NCBI GenBank assembly: GCA_049840735.1 | Contig: JASGJN010000012.1 | Span: forward strand, 46,274 to 110,273 | Direction of reading: 5' to 3' | Length of the DNA stretch: 64,000 bases | Source: Anaeromyxobacter sp. | Lineage (GTDB): Bacteria; Myxococcota; Myxococcia; Myxococcales; Anaeromyxobacteraceae | In this document: piece after piece, positions 33,118 through 42,307 of the stretch | Layout: each line of letters begins with the position of its first letter | How positions within the stretch are numbered: the first letter of the stretch is position 1 | Notes under the pieces: generated by a model | The model's input: only the letters and a program-made list of their open reading frames with translations | The model's database searches: none | Told to the model about the DNA's origin: nothing | Translations under genes and position numbers: made by a program

Positions 33118-33699
33118 ATGCCGCAGCTCGTCCTCGCCTCCCAGAGCCCGCGCCGCCGTGCGCTGCTCGAGGGGCTGGGGATCGCCCTGGAGGTCCGTCC
33201 GGCCGAGACCGACGAGTCGGTCCGGCCGGGCGAGCCGCCCCGCGAGTACGTGCGGCGGGTGGCCCGCGAGAAGGCCCGCGCCGTGGCCGGGGCGGTGGTG
33301 CTGGCCGCCGACACCTCGGTGGTGCTGGGGCAGGAGATCCTGGGGAAGCCGGCAGACGGGCCCGACGCGGCCCGCATGCTGCGGGCCCTCTCCGGCACCC
33401 GGCACGAGGTGCTGACCGCGGTGTGCGTGCGCAGCCAGGGCCCCGCCGGCCCGCGCGAGCACGAGGCGCTGGTCGCCACCGAGGTCCGCTTCCGCCCCCT
33501 CACCGCGGGCGAGATCGCCTGGTACGTCGCCACCGGCGAGCCGCTCGACAAGGCCGGCGCCTACGCCCTGCAGGGCGCGGGCGGCGCCTTCGTCGAGGGG
33601 GTCACCGGCAGCGTCTCGGGCGTGGTGGGGCTGCCGGTGGCCGAGACGCTGGCGCTGCTCGCGGCGGCCGGGTTCCGGCTGCCCTGGGAGGCGCCGTGA
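33118..33699 (+). CDS. maf: Maf family nucleotide pyrophosphatase
   Basis: [28 protein letters not shown]. Confidence 0.93.
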   Translation: MPQLVLASQSPRRRALLEGLGIALEVRPAETDESVRPGEPPREYVRRVAREKARAVAGAVVLAADTSVVLGQEILGKPADGPDAARMLRALSGTRHEVLTAVCVRSQGPAGPREHEALVATEVRFRPLTAGEIAWYVATGEPLDKAGAYALQGAGGAFVEGVTGSVSGVVGLPVAETLALLAAAGFRLPWEAP

Positions 33700-34338
33700 G
33701 CATCACCGAGAGCGTGCGCGCGCTGCGCGGCGCCCTGCCGCCCGGGGTGACGCTGGTGGCGGTTCTCGAAGACCCAGCCGGTGGAGGCCATCCGCGAGGC
33801 CTACGCGGCCGGGCAGCGGGACTTCGGCGAGAACTACGCGCAGGAGTGGCGGGCCAAGGCGGACGCGCTGGCCGACCTCGCCGACCTGCGCTGGCACTTC
33901 ATCGGCGGCCTGCAGACCAACAAGGCCAAGTACCTGGCCGGGCGCGCCGCCTACGTCCACACCGTGGACCGCGAGGAGCTGGCCCGCGAGCTGTCGCGCC
34001 AGCTGGTGAAGCGGGGCGCCACCGCCCGGGTGTTCCTGGAGGTGAACGTGGGCGGGGAGGCCTCCAAGGAAGGCTGCGCGCCGGAGGCGGTGCCGGCGCT
34101 GGCCGCCGGGGTGGCGGAGCTGCCCGGGCTGGAGCTCGTCGGGCTCATGTGCATCCCGCCCTCCGACCAGGACCCGCGCCCGCACTTCCAGGCGCTGCGG
34201 CGGCTCGGCGACCAGCTCGGGCTGCGCGAGCTGTCGATGGGCATGAGCGGCGACTGGCGGATCGCGGTCGAGGAGGGCTCGACCTTCGTCCGCGTGGGGA
34301 CGGCGCTCTTCGGCGCGCGGGCGCCGAAGGCGCCGTAG
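33696..34338 (+). CDS. yggS: YggS family PLP-binding protein (frameshift near 33763)
   Basis: VAV(S)[38 protein letters not shown]. Confidence 0.93.
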
Positions 34339-34370
34339 GCGCGGGCCTGCTCGAGGCCTGGCGCCTCTCC

Positions 34371-34592
34371 TCAGACCACCTTCAGCTTCAGCCGCCCCGA
34401 GTCCGTCACCTCGGCCCGGAACTCCTGCCCGCAGTAGTAGCAGCGGACCTCGTCGCCGTGGCCGAACCGGTCGTCGTAGGGGTTGTTGGCGGAGCACTCG
34501 GGACAGTCGAAGTCGGCGAAGCGGCGTGCGCGCCCCAAGTCCTCCCCGCTCGTCGACTTGTCGTCGTCGTCGTAGCCCGGATCCATCGGCAT
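34371..34592 (-). CDS. Small Zn-ribbon protein
   Basis: FDCPECSANNP...CYYCGQEF (two CxxC). Confidence 0.7.
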   Translation of the reverse strand: MPMDPGYDDDDKSTSGEDLGRARRFADFDCPECSANNPYDDRFGHGDEVRCYYCGQEFRAEVTDSGRLKLKVV

Positions 34593-34773
34593 GGCTTGGC
34601 TCCCCGGCCCCGCCCGGGCGGGACCGGGTGGAGCGTACCAGAAGAGGCCGCGGCGCGCCCGCGGCCCCGGGGCGGCGGCCCGGGCGGTGGTTGCGCCTCC
34701 GCCGCGGGCGCCGAAGCGTGTGGACGCCGGGCGAACCGGCGCCCACCGTCGGGTCCGGCGGGGAGGACGTCGG

Positions 34774-35526
34774 ATGACCCGTGCGGCGCTGATGGTTGCC
34801 TCGATCGCCCTCTCGCTCCCCGCGCTGGCGGCGCCGCCCGCCGGCTTCGCCCCCGGCGAGGAGACGGTGTTCCGGGTCCGCTGGCTGGGGATCCCCACCG
34901 GCGAGGGGCGGATGCTGGTGGGGCAGCCCCAGGGCGACGTCTGGCCGGTGATCGTGCAGGGGCGCACCGCCGGCCTGGCCACCGTCGTGAGCGTGCGCGA
35001 GCACCTCGTCACCTACTGGGACGCCCCGGCCGCGCTGGCCCGCGGCTCGGAGCTGTGGGCCAGGGAGCCGGGGGACGAGCACCGGGACCGGACCTGGTTC
35101 GACCGGGCCGCCGGCACGGCCACCGTCACGGTGCAGCGCAACGGCCGCCAGGACGCCCGCACGGCGGAGGTGCCGCCGGACACGCAGGACCTCACCGGCG
35201 CGGTGCTGTGGCTGCGGCTGCAGCCGCTCGAGGTGGGGCAGGAGCTGGAGGTGCCGGTGCTGGCCGGCACCCGCCACTTCCGGCTGCGGGCGCGGGTGGT
35301 GGCGCGCGAGCAGGTCTCGACGCCGGCCGGCACCTTCCCGACCTTCAAGCTGGAGGTGCGGACCGCGCTGGACGGGGCCTTCTCGACGCGGCGCGACTCG
35401 ACGCTCTGGCTGGCCGACGACCCGAGCCGCTTCCTGGTCAAGGCCAGCGCCGAGTTCGCGCTGGGCAGCGTGGTGGCCGAGCTGGAGCGCTACCGGCCGG
35501 GCACGCGGGTGGCGCGGGCGGACTAG
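34774..35526 (+). CDS. DUF3108 domain protein
   Basis: Signal peptide, FAPGEE, TPAGTF, WLADD, FALGSVVAEL. Confidence 0.8.
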   Translation: MTRAALMVASIALSLPALAAPPAGFAPGEETVFRVRWLGIPTGEGRMLVGQPQGDVWPVIVQGRTAGLATVVSVREHLVTYWDAPAALARGSELWAREPGDEHRDRTWFDRAAGTATVTVQRNGRQDARTAEVPPDTQDLTGAVLWLRLQPLEVGQELEVPVLAGTRHFRLRARVVAREQVSTPAGTFPTFKLEVRTALDGAFSTRRDSTLWLADDPSRFLVKASAEFALGSVVAELERYRPGTRVARAD

Positions 35527-35530
35527 CGCC

Positions 35531-37205
35531 GTGGCCGCCTCCCTCCCCGCCGCGCTGGCGCTGCTGCTCGCCGCTGCCGGCGGCGCGCCACCGGCGCGCG
35601 GCGTGGCCGGCGTGGCCAGCTCGCTGGAGAAGCTGCGCCCCTCGGATCCGCTCCCGCCCGGCCGCGCGATCGCGCTGGCGGCGGCGCGCGGCGAGTGCGA
35701 GGCGGCCCAGGTGGCGGTGCGGACGCCGCAGGGGCTGCGGGCGCTCTCGGCGGAGGCAGCGCCGCTGCGCGGGCGCGGCGCGGCCCGCCTCCCGGTGGCC
35801 CTCTACCGCGTGGCGACGGTGCCGCTGGCGCGCCCCTCCGGGCCGGACGGCGAGGCGGGCGAGTGGCCGGACCCGCTGGTGCCGGTCCGCGATCGGACTT
35901 CGGCGAGGCGCGCCGCGCCTTCCCGGTGGCGGTCGCGCCCGGCCGGCTGCAGGCCGTCTGGGTGGAGCTGTGCGTGCCCGGGGAGACGCCGCCGGGCAGC
36001 TACCGCGGAAGGGTCCTGCTCAGCGAGGCGGGGCGGGCGCTGGCCGAGGTGCCGGTGACGCTGGAGGTCTGGCCGCTCACGCTGCCGCGCACGCCCACCT
36101 TCGCGGCGCCGTTCGGCCTCTCGACGCGGCTGGGCACGCGGGCGCTGGGGCGGCCGGACGATCCGGCGCTGGCCCGGGCGCTGGCCGCCGCCGCGCTGCG
36201 CCACCGCCTCTCGCCCTTCACGCTCTCGGCCGACCCGCCGGACGGACAGTGCACGGCCGAGCGGTGCGCGCTGGACTGGACCGCCCTCGACCGCGAGCTG
36301 GCACCGGTGCTGGACGGCACGCTGGTGCCGGGGGTGAAGGGGCTGTTCGCGGAGGTGCGCATCCCCGGGAGCGTCTGGTCCGGCCCGGAGGCCGACCTGG
36401 CCGCCACGCTGCGCGCCTGGCGGGCCCACTTCCAGGCCCGCGGGTGGGCCGACAGGCTCTGGCTCTACACGCTTGACGAGCCCCGCCCCGACCAGCTGCC
36501 GGAGCTGGCGCGCCGGGCCCGGCTCGCGCACGCGGCGGGGATCCGCGTGCTGGCCACCACCACGCCGCAGCCGGCGCTGGACGGGCTGGTGGACGCCTAC
36601 GCGCCGGTGCTCAACGCGCTGCCGGACGGCGCCCGCCCGCCGCGCGGCGTGGCGCTCTCCTACGCCTCGTGCATGAGCCACGGCTGCGCCGAGCTGCCGG
36701 ACCTCGACGGGCCGCAGCTGCGGGCCATGCGGCAGGCGTTCTCGGGGTGGCCCGGCTACGAGATTGACCGCCCCGGGACGGCGGCCCGGGCCATGGCCTG
36801 GCTGGCCTGGCGCCGCGGCCTGTCGGGCGAGCTCTACTACGATATGCTCCAGGCGTGGACTGGCGACCCCTGGACCGACCCGCGGCGCTTCGCCGGCAAC
36901 GGCGACGGGACCCTGCTCTATCCGGGCCGGACGGCCGAGCTGGGGGGCCAGCACCCGTTCCCGGTGGAGTCGATCCGGCTGAAGCTGATCCGCGACGGGC
37001 TGGAGGACCTGGAGCTGCTCCGGCTGGCGGAGCGCGCCGGGCTGGACGGGCTGGCCGACGCCCGGGCCGGCGCGCTGGTGCCGACGGCGCGGCGATGGGA
37101 GCGCGCGCCAGGGCCGTGGCTGGAGGCGCGGCGCCAGCTGGCCGAGGCGCTGGTCCGGCGGCTGGCCGGGCCGCGCGGACGGCGCGGACGCGGGGGCGCC
37201 GGTGA
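35531..37205 (+). CDS. Secreted DUF4091 domain protein (frameshift near 35893; end approximate, ORF reads to 37296)
   Basis: AARGECEAAQV, WPDPLVP, LDEP, YASCMSHGC, GNGDGTLLYPG, SIRLKLIRDGLED. Confidence 0.8.
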
Positions 37206-37966
37206 TCGCCGCCCTGCTCGCGCTCGCCGCCGCCGCGCCGCCCGCCTGCGGGGCGCCGCCGCTGGCCGACGGACCGCGCCCGTGGGCCACCGGTGAGCGG
37301 ACCACCTACGACCTGGACCTGCTCGGCGCGGTGCGGGCCGGGACGCTCGAGCTCTCGGTGGAGCCCCCCGTGGCCTCGGGGCAGGTGATCCCGCTCCGCG
37401 CCCGCGCCCGCACCGACGCCTCGGTGGCCGCGTTCAAGCGGGTGGTGGCGGTCAGCTACTCCTGGGTGGACGCGCGCACCCTGCTGCCGGAGCGGTTCCG
37501 CGAGGAGGCCAGCGAGGACGGCACGCACAAGCTCTCCGACGCACGCATGGCCAGGGGCGAGCCGGAGCTGGTGCTGCAGCACGAGTCGGGTCGCCAGCGC
37601 AGCACCCGCCGCGTGGCCCGCCAGGGCGCGGCGCTGGACGCGGTCTCGGGGCTGTTCCTGCTGCGCGCCGCGAAGCTCACGCCGGGCGAGCGGTACTGCT
37701 TCGACCTGGTGGCGCGCGGGCGCGTGTGGCGCATCCAGGGCGGCGTGGCCGCCCGGACGGAGAAGGTGGACACGCCGGTGGGGCGGCTGGAGACGGTGCG
37801 GGTGGACGGGACCGCCGTGGCCGCCGACGGTCCGGACGAGAAGCCGGCCGAGATCCACCTGTGGATCTCCACCGATCCGCGGCGGCTCCTGGTGGCGGTG
37901 GTGGCGGTGATCGACGCGGGCCCGGTGCGGGCCATGCTCACCGGGGTGGACCGCCCGCAGCGCTGA
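37202..37966 (+). CDS. DUF3108 domain protein
   Basis: GERTTYDL, TPVGRL, LWISTDPRRL. Confidence 0.75.
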   Translation: MIAALLALAAAAPPACGAPPLADGPRPWATGERTTYDLDLLGAVRAGTLELSVEPPVASGQVIPLRARARTDASVAAFKRVVAVSYSWVDARTLLPERFREEASEDGTHKLSDARMARGEPELVLQHESGRQRSTRRVARQGAALDAVSGLFLLRAAKLTPGERYCFDLVARGRVWRIQGGVAARTEKVDTPVGRLETVRVDGTAVAADGPDEKPAEIHLWISTDPRRLLVAVVAVIDAGPVRAMLTGVDRPQR

Positions 37967-37977
37967 GGCGGCCGCCG

Positions 37978-38328
37978 CTACATGCGGGCGGCGACCTGCG
38001 CCAGCCGGCGCCGCGCGCTGGCCAGCACGGTCTGCAGGTACTCGACCCGCTCGGACGGGCCGCCGCCGGTGACCAGCGACAGGAGCCGCTGCTGCGAGGG
38101 GCTGGCGTCGGCCAGGGCCGCCTCGACGTTGGCGACGTAGGCGGCCACCGCGGCCAGCGCGGCGCGCGCCTCGCGCAGGTCGTCCTCGAGGAAGTCGAGC
38201 ACCACGTGCTCGCGGGCGGTCGAGCCGGCCAGCCGCTCGCGCAGCTGGTCCACCGCGCCGGGGCCGGAGGGGGCCGGGGTCGCGGGGGCGAGGGCGATGC
38301 GGGCGAAGGCGGTGCGGGTGCGGCTCAT
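37978..38328 (-). CDS. Hypothetical helical protein
   Basis: MSRTRTAFAR..LDFLEDDLREAR; ATG overlaps upstream TGA. Confidence 0.6.
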   Translation of the reverse strand: MSRTRTAFARIALAPATPAPSGPGAVDQLRERLAGSTAREHVVLDFLEDDLREARAALAAVAAYVANVEAALADASPSQQRLLSLVTGGGPSERVEYLQTVLASARRRLAQVAARM

Positions 38329-39105
38329 GGCTTCCCTTTCCCCGCCTCGGCGGCGCGGCGGCAGGCGGTCTCCACGGCGGCGGCCACCCGGTCCGGCGGC
38401 AGCCCCTCGGCCAGCAGGTCGGCGATTCTCGCGGCCCGCGGCGGCCACGCCCTCGGGCCCGGGCTGGCCGCGGGCGGCGGCCAGCCGCTCCGCCAGCAGC
38501 GCGGCGCGCGGGTCGAGGCGCGGCGCGCGATCGGTCCGCTGCGGACGGGCGGCGCGCGGGCCGGCCCGGACGGCCGGGGCCACCGGGTCGGGCGCGGGGC
38601 TCGCGGCCGGCGCGCCGGCCTCGGCGGGGAGGACGGCGCGGCCCAGCAGCACCTCGTCGCCCACCGCCTCGCCGGCCGCCTCGCTGGGCAGGAACACGCG
38701 CCAGAGCGTGCCGCGGTTGTCGCGGTGTAGCGGGCGCGCGAAGCCCTTGGCGACGAGGGCGTCCAGGACGCGGAGCAGCCGGCGCTCGGAGAGGCGCAGC
38801 CGGGCCATCAGGTCGCGCTTGCCGGCGCGGCACCAGTTGCGCCCCTCGCCACAGGAGAGGCGCAGCAGCTGGAGGTAGGCCGCCTGCTCCTCGATCTCGA
38901 GCTGGGCTGCGGCCTGGTCGAAGGCGTCGAGGGGGATGGGGGCAAAGCCGGCGCGGACCCGGACCGCCCCCAGGAGCTCGCCGGCGTAGGGCAGCCGCCG
39001 CATCTCGCCGGGCCGGAGAGCCTCCGGAGGCAGCGGCGCCACGGCCTGGGTGGCCAGCGCGGCGCTGCCCCGGATCCCGTGATGATGACCGCCCTGCCCC
39101 GCCAT
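38325..39105 (-). CDS. Hypothetical protein with winged-helix-like region (frameshift near 38426)
   Basis: EQAAYLQLLRLS..NWCRAGKRDLMARLRLSERRLLRVLDALVAKG..GTLWRVFLP. Confidence 0.6.
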
Positions 39106-39177
39106 CGCCCGCACCCTCCGCTCCAGCCTGGCAGGGTAATCGCGTGATATCGGGGGTCAACTTTCCAGCCGCCTCCA

Positions 39178-39211
39178 CAAACGCAGACGGCCCGCCGGGA
39201 GGCGGGCCGTC
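39178..39211 (-). terminator. Rho-independent terminator downstream of DUF507 gene
   Basis: GACGGCCCGCC-GGGA-GGCGGGCCGTC 11-bp stem followed by TGCGTTTGT on the minus strand. Confidence 0.6.
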
Positions 39212-39236
39212 GGGGCTGCAGCGCGGCTGGGGCGCG

Positions 39237-39755
39237 CTAGATGAGCCCGCGCGAGCGGCGCAGCAGCTCGACCGTCTTCTGGTACTCGATGTCCCAGGCG
39301 CTGGTCCCCTCCTGCAGGTGCTTCAGGCGGGCGCGCGCCTCGCGGTCGATTCTCCTCGTCCACGTCCAGGTGCTTCTTGAAGATTCGGAAGACCTTCTTC
39401 CGGAGCACGTGGTCCTCGGAGAAGACCTCCTCCACGTTGCGGGAGATGAGCAGGAACTCGATCATCTGGCCGATGACGTACTCGATCCCCTCGTCGCCCA
39501 TCTTGAAGCCGCGGACGTCCGCCATCTCGCGCTTCACCTGGTTGAACCGGGAGTGATCGACCCGCGCCGCTCCAGGGCCTCGCGCGTGGCGGCGTTCACC
39601 CGCTCCTCCGCGGCGAGGTACTCCTTCATGATGGCCGCCATGTCCATCTCGGCGTCCGCGATGCGCAGGGTCTCGATCTCGACGTCACCGTCCTGCATGA
39701 GCGTCTGGATCACCTCGCGGGCGATCGTCGGGATGACCTTCGGGTAGAGCCGCAT
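39237..39755 (-). CDS. DUF507 family protein (frameshifts near 39555 and 39350)
   Basis: MRLYPKVIP..AEMDMAAIMKEYL, GDEGIEYVIGQMIEFL, VEEVFSEDHVLR, WDIEY. Confidence 0.8.
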
Positions 39756-40092
39756 GGAGTGTGTTCCCTCGCCCTTGCGCCGCGGGATTGCCGAGGCGAA
39801 GTGCCGGTGCGAAGCCCGCGGAAATCGAAAGGTAACGCCCTATAAACCCCGCCTGCACGGGAGGGCAAGCGAAAACGTCCTTCATTACGCATGTTCCGTG
39901 CCGAGGCCGGCGGGCGCATCAGCCCCCGTGGGCACGGCCCCTCCGGGAGCCCGGGGCACGGTGGGTCGCACGCACGGTGCGTATGAGTCGACCCGGGGCC
40001 GCGCCCGTCCCACCCAGCCCTCGACGCGACGGGGCGGCGCCCTCCCGGACGTCGCCCATCACGCGGCCCCGCCCGGCGGGGCCCGCCGGTCG

Positions 40093-41013
40093 TCAGCCGG
40101 CGAAGATCTTCATCACCGCGTCGAGCAGCGCCAGCGCCTCGGCCTTGGGGCGCTGGAAGGCGTTGCGGCCCATGATGGACCCGAAGGCGCCGCCCTCCTT
40201 GAGGCCGCGGACCTCCTCCAGCACGGCCTCGGTCCCCTTGGCCTCACCGCCGGAGAAGATCACGATGCGCTTGCCGTTGAAGGCGCCCTGCACCACGTGG
40301 CGGACGCGCTCGGGCAGCGTGCCCATGGGGATCTTCGAGCTCCTCGTAGACCTTCTTCGCCTCGGCGTTCTCCAGCAGCGCCTTGGGGGGCTTCACCTTG
40401 ATGATGTGCGCGCCCATCTGGGCGGCGATCTGCGCGGCGTAGGCGCTGATGTCGAGGGCCTGCTCGCCCTCCTTCGAGATGCCGCTGCCGCGGGGATAGC
40501 TCCACACCACCACCACCAGGCCATTCGCCTTGGCCTCCTCGGTGAGCTCGCGCAGGTGCTCGAGCTGCGTGTTGCGGGCGTCCGAGCCGGGGTAGATGGT
40601 GTAGCCGACGGCGGCGCAGCCGAGCCGCACGGCCTCGCGCACCGTGCTGGTGACGGCGGAGATGGCGCGCCGCCCAGCTTCGAGAGCGAGTCGGAGTTGT
40701 TGACCTTCAGGATGAGCGGGATCTGCCCGGCGTAGCGCGCCGCCACCGCCTCGATGAAGCCGAGCGGCGCCGCGTACGCGTTGCAGCCGGCCTCGATGGC
40801 GAGCTGCACGTGGTACTCGGGATCATAGCCGGCCGGGTTCTTGGCGAACGAGCGGCCAGGGCCGTGCTCGAAGCCCTGGTCGACGGGCAGGATCACCAGC
40901 TTGCCGGTGCCGGCCAGCTTGCCGGTGTTGAGCAGCCGGTACAGGTTGGCCCGGGTTCCGGGGGTGTCGGCCTCGTACCAGGACAGGATCTGCTTCACGC
41001 GGTCCGTCATCAT
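40093..41013 (-). CDS. fbaB: Class I fructose-bisphosphate aldolase (DhnA/FbaB type; frameshifts near 40660 and 40335)
   Basis: ILPVDQGFEHGP, AYAAPLG, GYTIYPGS, WSYPRG, IIKVK, FSGG, GSIMGRNAFQ. Confidence 0.92.
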
Positions 41014-41214
41014 GAGGGCCCCTCCTATCGGGTGCACGTCGCGTCCGAGGTCGCTGGACGACCCGTCGCTCGGGCGGTGCACTTGCCGCTGTCTTAGGCC
41101 GTGCGCCGCGCGCGGCAATGGGAAAAGCCGGGCGTGCGCCCGCGTGCCACGGACGCGTGGCGCGCGGCGCCGGGCCTGCGCAGCTTCAGGGCATACCCTA
41201 AAAGGAAGGTGCCC

Positions 41215-41514
41215 ATGGCCCGTGGTTTCGGCGAACCGCCAGAGCGCAGCCCGGCGGCGATCCTGTCCGAGGTGGAGTACCCGATCTCGCGAGACGACCT
41301 GGCGACGGCGGCGGCGGAGGCGGGCGCGCCGGTCGACGCGATCGACTTCCTGCGCTCGCTGCCGGAGCGCACCTACCAGAGCCCGTCCGACGTGCTGCGC
41401 GAGTTCGGCGAGGGGAGCGCGCGGTTCGGCATGTTCTCGACCGACGTGCGCCACCGCGGCGACCTGGGGAAGGAGGCGGTGGAGACGGGGGACAATCCGA
41501 CGCGGCATCCATAG
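41215..41514 (+). CDS. DUF2795-like small protein
   Basis: AGGAAGG RBS; LSEVEYPISRDDL..LRSLPERTYQSPSDV. Confidence 0.75.
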   Translation: MARGFGEPPERSPAAILSEVEYPISRDDLATAAAEAGAPVDAIDFLRSLPERTYQSPSDVLREFGEGSARFGMFSTDVRHRGDLGKEAVETGDNPTRHP

Positions 41515-42285
41515 AACGGGGACTGCGTCCCCGCCCCGCCGGCAGAGCCGTCGGGGCCCCACCCCTGCTACGGCGGAGCCGAGCGCGCTGCGGCCTGACG
41601 GCCTTGCGCGCTATCCGCCGCCGAGGGGCTGCGCCCCTCCCCCAGCTGCGCTGGGGCCCCTACCCTGCGTTCCGTGCACGCGGTCTGCGTCGGGTAGGCG
41701 CTACCTGCGCCGCGGTATCACGGGCACCGCGACGATCACCAACACCACGCCAGTGACTGGCGTCCCCGCCCCGCCGGCAGAGCCGTCGGGGCCCCACCCC
41801 TGCTACGGCGGAGCCGAGCGCGCTGCGGCCTGACGGCCTTGCGCGCTATCCGCCGCCGAGGGGCTGCGCCCCTCCCCCAGCTGCGCTGGGGCCCCTACCC
41901 TGCGTTCCGTGCACGCGATCTGCGTCGGGTAGGCGCTACCTGCGCCGCGGTATCACGGGCGCCGCGACGATCGCCAACATCACGCCAGTGACTGCGTCCC
42001 CGCCCCGCCGGCAGAGCCGTCGGGGCCCCACCCCTGCTACGGCGGAGCCGAGCGCGCTGCGGCCTGACGGCCTTGCGCGCTATCCGCCGCCGAGGGGCTG
42101 CGCCCCTCCCCCAGCTGCGCTGGGGCCCCTACCCTGCGTTCCGTGCACGCGGTCTGCGTCGGGTTGGCGCTACCTGCGCCGCGGTATCACGGGCGCCGCG
42201 ACGATCGCCAACATCACGCCAGTGACCTCGTCCCCGCCCCGCCGGCAGAGCCGTCGGGGCCCGGAGCCGAGCGCGCTGCGGGCCT
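41515..42285. repeat. Tandem array of ~3.3 x 234-bp units (structured REP-like core plus linker)
   Basis: Units start at 41521, 41755, 41990 and 42224 (partial); few SNPs between copies; lies between convergent genes. Confidence 0.92.
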
Positions 42286-42307
42286 CCGTGAACAGGCCCC
42301 GGCCACG

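Noticed and set aside
41515..42285. Second CRISPR array
   Set aside because: Units are long and near-identical, with no unique spacers.
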